NCBI GenBank assembly: GCA_030698625.1
Contig: JAUYMS010000042.1
Location: forward strand, 160,423 to 224,422
Direction: 5' to 3'
From: Candidatus Omnitrophota bacterium
Lineage (GTDB): Bacteria; Omnitrophota; Omnitrophia; Omnitrophales; Aquincolibacteriaceae
DNA: 64,000 nucleotides
The position numbers and the translations under genes are program-made. Below are positions 29,819 through 38,021 of this stretch, in pieces. The notes beneath the pieces were generated by a model. The model was not told the origin of the DNA. It worked only from the letters and a program-made list of their open reading frames with translations, and searched no databases. Position 1 is the first letter of the stretch, and each line of letters starts with the position of its first letter.

Positions 29819-30169
29819 TCAAGATGAGGATTTTTTCTCCGTGGCACGGTAGAGGATGACGTTTACTTTCTCGAGCGTTACTAAGCCTTCGCGAACCATC
29901 CCATCGAGATGGGGTAAAAAGCGCGTTATCTTTTCTTCGGCATCCACAATTTCAACCACAATAGGTAAATCTTCGGACAGACGCAGGAGCTTTGTCGTAT
30001 GCATGTGGCTCTTGCACCCAAACCCCATAAAGCCCTTGAAAGCGGTAGCTCCTGCCAGGCCTTCCTTGCGTGCCAAGCTCACGAGCGCCTCGTAAAGCGG
30101 CTTGCCTTCCCAACTATCTGATTCACCGATGAAGATTCTTAAAATCTGCTGTTCACCAATTGTCTTCAT
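29819..30169 (-). CDS. DUF190 family (PII-like) protein
   Basis: LRIFIGESD, GLAGAT, GFG, LSEDLPIVVEIVD; directly after crcB; start 30169. Confidence 0.92.
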   Translation of the reverse strand: MKTIGEQQILRIFIGESDSWEGKPLYEALVSLARKEGLAGATAFKGFMGFGCKSHMHTTKLLRLSEDLPIVVEIVDAEEKITRFLPHLDGMVREGLVTLEKVNVILYRATEKKSSS

Positions 30170-30182
30170 ATGATTTTTCTCC

Positions 30183-30554
30183 CTAGAGGGCTTCTCCCGC
30201 GAGAACACCTAAGCGCAGTAAGAGAAAGCCAATGATTACACTTCCCGTCACATTCCAGAAAGCGTGCAAGGTCTCGCCTCCTCGGATAAGATGCGAGGTC
30301 TCAAGGATGAAGGTGGAAAATGTTGTAAAAGCGCCGCAAAATCCTACCATGAGAAAGATCCTAGCATGCGGACCAAGCAAAGCCTTATCCTCAGCGAGAA
30401 CGGCTAAGACTCCGACGATAAAGCATCCTGCCATATTGACGGCTGCCGTCCCATACGGGAAAGACGCGCCAAATATATGCTGGACGGCCCCTGAGAGAAT
30501 ATAACGCGCACCCGTTCCCGCCGCTCCTCCGACGATTAAAATAATCCACTTCAT
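30183..30554 (-). CDS. crcB: Fluoride efflux channel Fluc/CrcB
   Basis: GGAAGTGARY, FPYGT..VN, GFCGAFTTFSTF. Confidence 0.95.
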   Translation of the reverse strand: MKWIILIVGGAAGTGARYILSGAVQHIFGASFPYGTAAVNMAGCFIVGVLAVLAEDKALLGPHARIFLMVGFCGAFTTFSTFILETSHLIRGGETLHAFWNVTGSVIIGFLLLRLGVLAGEAL

Positions 30555-31183
30555 CCCTGCACCTCAATAACAGGCAAAGCCTGAATGTCAAGTTTCACGA
30601 CAACCTCTTCGCTCAAGAGCCAAGCACCGTTCTTCCAAGCCACATTCCAGTCGATTCCGAAGTCGCTTCGCTTGAGAACTCCCGTAGCCGTAAAACGGGC
30701 GCGATCGTTACCCCAAGGGTCTTGATCGGTTCCCAAATACTTCATGTCGAGTTTTACCGGCTTTTCCACCCCATGCATCGTCAAAAGCCCTTTCAAACGA
30801 TAATTACCCTCACCGGCATCCTCAACGCCCGAACTCTTGAAGGTAATCGCAGGGAATGTCTCTTCATCAAAAAACTCGCCGGACAATAGGTGTTCATCGC
30901 GTGGCGGGTGTTTTGTGTGAATGCTTGCGACCCGAATCGTCGCGTCCACAGCCCATTGCGCAGATTCACCCGGGACATGTTCAATCGTACCTTCAAAGCC
31001 GCGGAACGCGCCCTCCAGCCTGGCAAAAAAATGCCGTATCTCGAACGATACGGTGCTGTGATGGCGGTCAATGGTGTAAGTTTGAGTCCATCCACACGGC
31101 GGTGAGTGCAAAGTAACTGCAACCAAAATCCACCACGCGACGGCCAGCCGCGCACCTGAATTAAAGCGAACTGTGTGTCCCAT
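30551..31183 (-). CDS. YceI family periplasmic lipid/polyisoprenoid-binding protein
   Basis: YTIDRHHS, RDEHL, FPAITFKS, LTMHGV, RSDFGI; start shortened from the track call. Confidence 0.88.
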   Translation of the reverse strand: MGHTVRFNSGARLAVAWWILVAVTLHSPPCGWTQTYTIDRHHSTVSFEIRHFFARLEGAFRGFEGTIEHVPGESAQWAVDATIRVASIHTKHPPRDEHLLSGEFFDEETFPAITFKSSGVEDAGEGNYRLKGLLTMHGVEKPVKLDMKYLGTDQDPWGNDRARFTATGVLKRSDFGIDWNVAWKNGAWLLSEEVVVKLDIQALPVIEVQG

Positions 31184-31394
31184 CGCAGTACGGAGGGTTT
31201 TTAGTCTGCCGGCAACCACACCAAGCAACTTTTTTCGCCTCTGTGATCTCGACAATAACGGGCGACTTGCCCGTATTCTTCCGCGAGTGACTCCCATCGC
31301 AATAGGGCTGGTTCTCTGACTCACCACACGAGCACCATGCCTTTTTGCCCGGTGTTTCGTCTTTGACATACGGCATATTCTGAATTCCGCTCAT
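31161..31394 (-). CDS. CDGSH iron-sulfur domain protein (two motifs)
   Basis: CSCGESENQPYCDGSH and CGCRQTKNPPYCDGTH. Confidence 0.93.
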   Translation of the reverse strand: MSGIQNMPYVKDETPGKKAWCSCGESENQPYCDGSHSRKNTGKSPVIVEITEAKKVAWCGCRQTKNPPYCDGTHSSL

Positions 31395-31454
31395 TCCAAC
31401 CTCCCGTTCAGTTTGATAATCACGTTATATCTAATATCAAGGGTTTATATTATA

Positions 31455-32426
31455 TCAGGGAATAAAGACGGTCGATCCCGTAAGTTTCCTGGCTTCCAGA
31501 TCCTGATGAGCACCCACGGCCTCCTTCAACGGATACCGCTGTCCTATCCTTACCTTAACAATTCCCTTCTGGATGACCCCAAAAAGACGCTTGGCACTGA
31601 GTTCGAGTTCCTCTCTTGTCGCGGTATAGCCGAACAGCATCGGCCGAGTAAGATAGAGACTTTTCGGGGCAAAGACCTGCAGATTTACGTCCGGTATTGC
31701 CCCCGATGCTTGCCCAAAGCTCACAAGAACACCTCGCCGATGCAAACACTCTATGCTCTGCAAGAAGGTATCCTTCCCTACCGAGTCGTACACGATAGGA
31801 ACTCCTTTTCCCTTTGTGATTTCCATAACCCGATCGACAATATTTTCCTCACGGTACAGGATGGTGTGAGCGCAGCCGTGTTGTCTGGCGAGTTCTGCCT
31901 TCTCGGAACTGCCAACCGTACCGATGACCGTACACCCGAGATGTTTTGCCCACTGACAGGCGATCAAGCCGACTCCTCCTGCCGCGGCGTGGAAAAGGAT
32001 GGTCTGCCCCTTCCTGAGCGGATAAGTCCGGCAAAAAAGGTATTCTACCGTCATCCCCTTGAGCATGATGGCCGCAGCCACCTCGTCTGAAATTCCCCTA
32101 CCGATCTTAACCACCTGAGAGGCGGGTATAATACGCGCTTCAGAGTAAGCACCGGCAGGCCCCGTGCCATAGGCCACGCGGTCTCCGACCTTAAAACCAC
32201 CGACACCCGGCCCCATCTCTTCAATCACTCCAGCCGCCTCCAATCCTAGTATCGCCGGCAGGGCTAGGGGGTACAGTCCGCTACGGTGGTAAGTGTCAAT
32301 ATAGTTGAGGCCTACAGCAGTGTGCCGTAACCTGAGCTCCCCTTTGGAAGGTTTACCAACATCTACCTCTTCCCACTTCATGACATCGGGAGCGCCGGGC
32401 TCATAAAGTCTTAATGCATGCGTCAT
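31455..32426 (-). CDS. qor: NADPH:quinone oxidoreductase (zeta-crystallin family)
   Basis: GLNYIDTYHRSGLY, HAAAGGVG, YDSVG, FGQASG; start MTHAL at 32426. Confidence 0.92.
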   Translation of the reverse strand: MTHALRLYEPGAPDVMKWEEVDVGKPSKGELRLRHTAVGLNYIDTYHRSGLYPLALPAILGLEAAGVIEEMGPGVGGFKVGDRVAYGTGPAGAYSEARIIPASQVVKIGRGISDEVAAAIMLKGMTVEYLFCRTYPLRKGQTILFHAAAGGVGLIACQWAKHLGCTVIGTVGSSEKAELARQHGCAHTILYREENIVDRVMEITKGKGVPIVYDSVGKDTFLQSIECLHRRGVLVSFGQASGAIPDVNLQVFAPKSLYLTRPMLFGYTATREELELSAKRLFGVIQKGIVKVRIGQRYPLKEAVGAHQDLEARKLTGSTVFIP

Positions 32427-32439
32427 AATCACTTTCTCC

Positions 32440-32940
32440 TTAAGAGGCTTCGGCCTCAATACCCGGAAGCTCTGAGATCGCCTCATTGAGATCATCAAAA
32501 TTATCTGTTTCCACAACTCGGACCTGCGGCACCACATCTCGATCTGTCGACAACTGCTCGGCATAGATTTGTACCGGCACCTTAAGCTGAGTAGAGATGT
32601 CCTTTTCCTCCAACGGCTCTAAATGAATTACGGATGCCTGTTTCTTATAGAACTTCAGCGCCTTGTTCCCGCCGCTTTTTAGAAAGCCCGTGATCTCTCC
32701 CTGACCTATGGCCGTCTCAACCTGAGCCGTCACAGGCCTATTTTTCGCGTTGCGGGCATGGTAAGAAACATCGAAGATGACCATCTCGTCGGTGACGATC
32801 ACCTGGCGAATCAGTCGGTGGGACAAAACAACGTTATCGGAACGACCGTACCAAACCAGCATACCGCCGGCCATGAAAGGAACCGATAGCAGGAAGGAAA
32901 ACCCGAGCCCCCACAGAATCATGTTCCGTGAAATTATCAT
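32440..32940 (-). CDS. Hypothetical membrane-anchored protein
   Basis: N-terminal TM helix followed by a beta-rich domain; start uncertain. Confidence 0.6.
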   Translation of the reverse strand: MIISRNMILWGLGFSFLLSVPFMAGGMLVWYGRSDNVVLSHRLIRQVIVTDEMVIFDVSYHARNAKNRPVTAQVETAIGQGEITGFLKSGGNKALKFYKKQASVIHLEPLEEKDISTQLKVPVQIYAEQLSTDRDVVPQVRVVETDNFDDLNEAISELPGIEAEAS

Positions 32941-33205
32941 GTACAGATCACTGCCTGAGGGGTAAGGGACCGGCAAGTGATGGATTCAAAGGGGGTTTTT
33001 TGCTTTTTCGTCTTCTTCTCGGTCACAGCGCGTGTAGTTTATCACCCCCACGGGCATCCTGCCACTCAGGAATTCGATTACAACAGCACCCGAAAATGCT
33101 GATAATTAAGGAGAAGCGACGGAGGCTACTGTGAAGAAATACCCTATTTGCAAGATCGTGGTGGTACTGGCTGGCGCGGGAGCCGTAAACTGGTTGCGAT
33201 AAGAG

Positions 33206-33778
33206 CTAGCCACCCTCTCGGCTGTCTTGGGAGGCTTTGACGAGGCTGGCAAGCTTCGCAAGCTTTGCCTTTGCCGGTTCATAATCGGGATCTAGCGCCA
33301 AAACTTTTCTATAGAAATTAAAAGCGATCTCGTACTGCTTCGATGCAAGCGCAAAATCGGCCAAATTATAATGTGCCGTGGCATTCTCGGGATCTTTTTG
33401 AATGGCTGTCATCAGGTACTGCAGAGCACGCTCGGGTTCTCCCATTCTCATCGCTAGCGTCGCAAGACTGTTGTAAATCCGCGAGTCATTGGGTTTGAGC
33501 TTGAGGGCCTTACGGTAATTTTTCTCCGCTTTCCCCAACTGATCCTGGGCCGCGTAGATTTCGCCGAGCGCCAGAAATGCTTCGTCATTGTCCGCATCTA
33601 TCTTCAGAGCCTTATTGAGATGTTTTATGGCCTCCCTATCATTACCCTGGCTATAGAACCGGTGGGCTTCATTAACCAGATGGTTTGACTTCACGTTTCC
33701 GCTCTGCGCCTGAGGCAGTGCAAAAGCACCCACAGATATAGACATAAGCAACCCCGCATAAATCCAATAACGCTTCAT
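33206..33778 (-). CDS. Secreted TPR protein
   Basis: Signal peptide and about four TPR repeats. Confidence 0.88.
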   Translation of the reverse strand: MKRYWIYAGLLMSISVGAFALPQAQSGNVKSNHLVNEAHRFYSQGNDREAIKHLNKALKIDADNDEAFLALGEIYAAQDQLGKAEKNYRKALKLKPNDSRIYNSLATLAMRMGEPERALQYLMTAIQKDPENATAHYNLADFALASKQYEIAFNFYRKVLALDPDYEPAKAKLAKLASLVKASQDSREGG

Positions 33779-33877
33779 GACTGATTTCCTTTCTTCATAT
33801 TGACGGATTTCCTGTATAGTGGCATTTATCGCCTTAAATAAACACTACACGTCAGTTTGCAATCATGCAAATGCAAA

Positions 33878-35719
33878 TTATCGCTGTGCAAGCTGCTTTT
33901 TTAAGCGGTCCAGATCTTCAAGCATCCGGAGCCACCCGGCCTCTTCCTCTTCAATCCAGATTGTCAGCTGCTTTGACCTGTCCCTACGCTTCCGAGAATA
34001 ATGGAAGGGATTGTTCCTCGACTCTTCAAAGAGGGCATCCCGCTCCTTAGTCCAGTGCTCTATTCGGTGTTCTGCCTGGTTAATCTTCCGTTTGAGCTTG
34101 GCGAAGTCAGATTTAGCCTTCTTCCTCCTCGCAATATCCTGCTGCTTCTCGGGATCCGTTTCCTTCTTTCTACTCGCCGTGCCGTTTTCGCTCGTGACTG
34201 ATTCCCTCTTCGAAAGCTCCCCGGGTTCCTCCCCGCGGGCCGCGCACTCAAGGTGATAAACATAATCTTCATAAGTGCCCGGATAGCGCTTAATCTTCCC
34301 ATCCTTGATGTCAATCACAGTGGTTGCGATCAGATTCACGAATGTGCGATCGTGACTGATAAAGAAAATCGTTCCTTCATAGCCGCCGAGCGCCTTCCCA
34401 AGTGCCTCAACGGTTTCAAAGTCCAGGTGGTTGGTGGGCTCATCAAGAAGCAGAACTTGCTTTTCAGACAACAACAGCCCTGCCAAACAAAGCCTTGCCC
34501 GCTCCCCCCCGCTCAGGACAGCGGTCTTCTTTCTCACGTCGTCACCTTGAAACAAAAAAGCAGCGGCCATATCCAGGATATCCTGCCTCTTTACGTCTTC
34601 GGCCGCCTCGCGTTGTAAGTGGCCGTAGACATCATCATCCGGATGTAGCGTAGAGAAAACGTGCTGCGCATAATAACCCACCTCTAGGGCAGTGCCCCAT
34701 TTGTAACTGCCGGTCCGCGCCTTGAGATTGCCCGCGATCGTACGCAGGAAGGTGGTCTTTCCCTGTCCGTTATCACCAAGCACCGCCACGTGCGAACCCC
34801 GATCAATATCGAGATGAATTCCGGATGCCACGCGCTTATCCTCATAACCAATTTCCAGATCGGAACAGGACAGAGCAACACCCCCCTTCTTCTCTACCGG
34901 TGGGATCGTAATGCGTACGGCGGCTGTTGCATGTGCAATCTCAATCGTTTTAAGTTTTGAGAGCTGCTTCATCTTCGATTTGGCCCGCGTAGCCGTTGAC
35001 GCTTTGGCCCGAAAGCGGTCTATAAAATCCTGCAGCTGATCCCTCTTCTTTTCGACGGTCTTGTTATGAGCCAACTTCTGTCGGAGCTGCTCTTCCTTGA
35101 ACTCAAAATACTCCTCGATATTACCCGGATAAAGAAAAACCCCGCCGTGCTCGACCTCAAGCGTATGCTCACAGGTTCTCTTTAAGAATTCGCGATCATG
35201 CGAAACGATGAGGTAGCCGCCGTTGAACTCTTGCAGGAAATTCTCTAAAAGAATAAGGGTGCTGAGATCAAGGTAGTTCGAAGGTTCGTCCAAAATCAGA
35301 AAGTTGGGATCGCGTAAAAGCATCGCCGTAAGCTTGACTCTCGTCTGATACCCCCCGGCCAACTCCCCGATCTTCGCCGCCAGGGACTGGCTCTTAAGCT
35401 GAAAGCGGCCCGCAACTTCACCGCATTCCCACTCTTCCTTACCCGTATAACGCATAAGAAAATCCAACACATTGTCTTGGGGTTTATAGGGATCATGCTG
35501 TTCAAGATAGCTCAAACGCATCGCATTGTTAAAGGTGAGTGTCCCGCCGTCCGGCTCTTCCTGGCCGATAATGATACGGCAAAGGGTGGATTTTCCGGCC
35601 CCATTTCGGCCCACGACGCCGATCTTCTGAAACTCATTGAAGGACGCGGATGCGTCTTCGAGGATAGCTCGTGCGCCGTATTCCTTGCGGATATTATTCA
35701 GTTGTAATAGGACGGCCAT
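33878..35719 (-). CDS. ABC-F family ATPase (ribosome-associated)
   Basis: Two NBDs (GRNGAGKS, GDNGQGKT; LDEPSN, LDEPTN; SHDR), no TM segments, coiled-coil tail. Confidence 0.94.
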   Translation of the reverse strand: MAVLLQLNNIRKEYGARAILEDASASFNEFQKIGVVGRNGAGKSTLCRIIIGQEEPDGGTLTFNNAMRLSYLEQHDPYKPQDNVLDFLMRYTGKEEWECGEVAGRFQLKSQSLAAKIGELAGGYQTRVKLTAMLLRDPNFLILDEPSNYLDLSTLILLENFLQEFNGGYLIVSHDREFLKRTCEHTLEVEHGGVFLYPGNIEEYFEFKEEQLRQKLAHNKTVEKKRDQLQDFIDRFRAKASTATRAKSKMKQLSKLKTIEIAHATAAVRITIPPVEKKGGVALSCSDLEIGYEDKRVASGIHLDIDRGSHVAVLGDNGQGKTTFLRTIAGNLKARTGSYKWGTALEVGYYAQHVFSTLHPDDDVYGHLQREAAEDVKRQDILDMAAAFLFQGDDVRKKTAVLSGGERARLCLAGLLLSEKQVLLLDEPTNHLDFETVEALGKALGGYEGTIFFISHDRTFVNLIATTVIDIKDGKIKRYPGTYEDYVYHLECAARGEEPGELSKRESVTSENGTASRKKETDPEKQQDIARRKKAKSDFAKLKRKINQAEHRIEHWTKERDALFEESRNNPFHYSRKRRDRSKQLTIWIEEEEAGWLRMLEDLDRLKKQLAQR

Positions 35720-35749
35720 GCTCTGCAATCAGATATTTTATGGGTTACC

Positions 35750-35779
35750 AAAAAAAATCGGCGGAACGGACGCCGCCGA
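35750..35779 (-). terminator. Intrinsic terminator-like hairpin just upstream of the ABC-F gene
   Basis: Minus strand TCGGCGG-cgtccgtt-CCGCCGA followed by T8. Confidence 0.65.
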
Positions 35780-35792
35780 AGTGTTGTGTAGT

Positions 35793-35820
35793 ATTATAAC
35801 CGTTGTCTGCCAGAAGTAAA
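35793..35820 (-). promoter_or_regulatory. Putative sigma70 promoter for the ABC-F gene
   Basis: TTTACT-16 nt-TATAAT on the minus strand. Confidence 0.45.
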
Positions 35821-35828
35821 AGGGGTCT

Positions 35829-36146
35829 TCAATCCGTCGACAAGCGCCTAAAACCCGCGGTAATCTGGCTCACTTGTTCTTTGAACATAGCGGGAATGAG
35901 CATAACGAGCTCGCTGTCTTTATTCAAATTATAGAGATTGTCCTTCGTATTAGCGTACATGCGCCCGAGAAAACTTCGCGGTTCTGTCTCGAGGCTCCCA
36001 TAGAAATAAAGACCTTGAGGCGCGGCCATGCCGGAGTTCGGGGACACCGCATAGGAATGGGGCATCAAGACCATTCCGAGGCACGCCGGTCCGAAAATGA
36101 TAGACAGAAAACCCAATAATTTGATGAGCGATTTGATAAACCCCAC
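35829..36146 (-). CDS. Hypothetical membrane protein
   Basis: GGGGAGGT RBS before GTG; N-terminal TM helix. Confidence 0.6.
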   Translation of the reverse strand: MGFIKSLIKLLGFLSIIFGPACLGMVLMPHSYAVSPNSGMAAPQGLYFYGSLETEPRSFLGRMYANTKDNLYNLNKDSELVMLIPAMFKEQVSQITAGFRRLSTD

Positions 36147-36308
36147 AGATACCTCCCCTCATAGTAAAGTTAGCTGCCCATGGGACTATTCTCGAGGCAA
36201 TTGCATCAAGCGGTCGAAAGACATGGTCATCCGGTAAAATAAACCTCTCCAATGTCCTGTCATATATAGGGTTAGCGACTTGGCAGAAAAAAAGATGAGT
36301 CCCCCCCA

Positions 36309-36337
36309 TTTACGCCGCCTCGCACCTGTGGTATCAT
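36309..36337 (+). promoter_or_regulatory. Putative sigma70 promoter with extended -10
   Basis: TTTACG-17 nt-TATCAT, with TG-N directly before the -10. Confidence 0.6.
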
Positions 36338-36361
36338 TCTGCTTCTGAAGCGAGATAAAAA

Positions 36362-36475
36362 ATGAAAATCCGACTTACGCGACTCTATTTTTTAAAACGT
36401 ACTGCTACGATGGCAGCGCTCTGGATTCATTGTCCAGAGCATGATGTCGTGGGCGTGAGGAGGATTTCGGCCTGA
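36362..36475 (+). CDS. Putative 37-aa leader peptide (uORF)
   Basis: MKIRLTRLYFLKRTATMAALWIHCPEHDVVGVRRISA*; lies between the promoter and terminator and contains the antiterminator segment; only a weak RBS. Confidence 0.5.
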   Translation: MKIRLTRLYFLKRTATMAALWIHCPEHDVVGVRRISA

Positions 36476-36511
36476 GTTGATCTAGTTTAAGTCTTTATCC
36501 CGAAATAAGTT

Positions 36512-36549
36512 AAGCCCATGACATGAAATTGTTGTCATGGGCTTTTTTT
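36512..36549 (+). terminator. Intrinsic terminator of a putative attenuator
   Basis: Perfect 12-bp stem AAGCCCATGACA / TGTCATGGGCTT running into a T tract, ~36 nt before the next start codon. Confidence 0.8.
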
Positions 36550-36585
36550 ATTTCAGTCAGGAATCACAAAAAAGGAGGTGCTGTC

Positions 36586-36801
36586 ATGGCACAAATAGGT
36601 AACGCAATAAAGGTTCGAGGATTCCCAAGGTTTCTCAGAGACCCCGTCAAGTTGACGGCGCTTCTCTACCTCCGGGAAGCCCTATTAAGCGAGAGATATG
36701 AAGATTGCGCCGGCTACATTACCGTCGCGAAGGAGTTCGGGGCACAGGTCTTTGAGATCCGCAATCTGCTCGAAGATGCCAGACGCGTCCCCAGAGGCTA
36801 A
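36586..36801 (+). CDS. 71-aa hypothetical protein with UVR-like helical hairpin pattern
   Basis: AAGGAGGT RBS at 36572-36579; LREALLSERYEDCA. Confidence 0.75.
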   Translation: MAQIGNAIKVRGFPRFLRDPVKLTALLYLREALLSERYEDCAGYITVAKEFGAQVFEIRNLLEDARRVPRG

Positions 36802-36834
36802 AACATGAAACCCGCACGCGACCTGTCTATCCAC

Positions 36835-37359
36835 TTACTTCGCCGATTTTACAAACTGAAGCGCAAGCGAATTCATACAATAGCGCTTGCCCGTCGGGTG
36901 GGGTCCGTCTTCAAAAACATGACCCAAATGCGATCCGCATCGGGCGCAATGCACTTCGATGCGCTTCGCAAAAAAACTACGGTCAATCGAAAAACCGATA
37001 TTCTGCTCCGCGATCGGCTCCCAGAAGCTAGGCCATCCTGTATGCGAATCATACTTCACGGCAGAACGAAAGAGCTCTGTGCCGCAAGCAATGCACCGGT
37101 AGATCCCGTTTTCGCCATACTTATTGTACTCACCCGTATAGGCCATCTCCGTTCCGTGCTCGCGCGTTATATGAAAGACCTTGGGGTCAAGAATCTTTCT
37201 CCATTCGTCTTCGCTCTTTTCAATTTTCTCAACTTGCACGAGCTTCTCCTGACTGCTGTCGTAAACGGCTATGGTCTCAGCAGCTCTGACCGAGCCCCGT
37301 CCCAAAAACACTAAAACCAGAACCCCCAAAATAACTTTAAGAATCAAAGTGAATCGCAT
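36835..37359 (-). CDS. msrB: Peptide-methionine (R)-S-oxide reductase, exported
   Basis: GTE, CIAC, GWPSF, CARC, HLGHVF.DGP, RYCMNS; signal peptide. Confidence 0.95.
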   Translation of the reverse strand: MRFTLILKVILGVLVLVFLGRGSVRAAETIAVYDSSQEKLVQVEKIEKSEDEWRKILDPKVFHITREHGTEMAYTGEYNKYGENGIYRCIACGTELFRSAVKYDSHTGWPSFWEPIAEQNIGFSIDRSFFAKRIEVHCARCGSHLGHVFEDGPHPTGKRYCMNSLALQFVKSAK

Positions 37360-38018
37360 ATCGTCTCCTCTCCTTTGAAATACAGGACTACGTTCTTATG
37401 AGGAAATTCAGTCTGCCAGCCGAGCCACTCGGCGATCCAAAGAAACGTCTTTCTCTCGTAGAAACACACGTGGGTCGGCTCACTTTGATACCACCATTTC
37501 CCGAAATCGGTTTCATCATCCAGCATCTCAGTCATCACCGCAAGGTGACTTCCATCGGGTTTCAACAGACGATTCAGCAGCAAGAACTCGTTTCGCGGTG
37601 AGTAAAAATGCTCTACGACCTCCGTGCAGGTAATAAAATCGTAAGATGTTTCGAGTGGTTTCTTGTCTGGGAAATAAAAAGGGTCATAAACCTCGACGGT
37701 CATCCCCGCACCCTCGAGCATCTTTCCCAATGCGGGTCCGGGCCCGCATCCGAAATCAAGACCTCTGAAACCCGGTTTAAGTTTTTCGCGGAGAGGATCC
37801 AGCAACTTATTGATAAAATTCCGATAGCCGGAATCCGCGGGATCATTTTCGTGCAGGTCATATCGAGCTTTCTCGTCCTTCTCTTTGAGACGGCAAACAA
37901 CATCAAGAAACACCAAACTACAATGCGGGCATTTCCAGTAAGCCTTTTTCCCATGATGGGGATCGGTCTTCTCCCAACACAGATCGGGACTGTCGCTGTT
38001 GCAAAGGAGACAATGCAT
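37344..38018 (-). CDS. Class I SAM-dependent methyltransferase with N-terminal Zn ribbon
   Basis: CLLC...CPHC; LDFGCGPGP; TEVVEHF. Confidence 0.9.
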   Translation of the reverse strand: MHCLLCNSDSPDLCWEKTDPHHGKKAYWKCPHCSLVFLDVVCRLKEKDEKARYDLHENDPADSGYRNFINKLLDPLREKLKPGFRGLDFGCGPGPALGKMLEGAGMTVEVYDPFYFPDKKPLETSYDFITCTEVVEHFYSPRNEFLLLNRLLKPDGSHLAVMTEMLDDETDFGKWWYQSEPTHVCFYERKTFLWIAEWLGWQTEFPHKNVVLYFKGEETICDSL

Positions 38019-38021
38019 CGT

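Noticed and set aside
31435-31447. IHF-consensus match TATCAAGGGTTTA, with weaker look-alikes near 2800 and 33100
   Set aside because: Short degenerate motif in AT-rich spacers; no independent support.
31413-32090. Long opposite-strand ORFs over real genes (also 6153..6989, 36805..37314, 51257..51940)
   Set aside because: Overlap well-supported genes on the other strand and carry no motifs.
32940-33030. Possible frameshifted N-terminal extension (MTEKKTKKQK...) of the 32440 gene
   Set aside because: The gene has a usable in-frame start; no homology evidence for the extension.
30555-33200. Fluoride riboswitch expected upstream of crcB
   Set aside because: crcB is operon-internal and I found no matching motif by eye; a covariance search would be needed.
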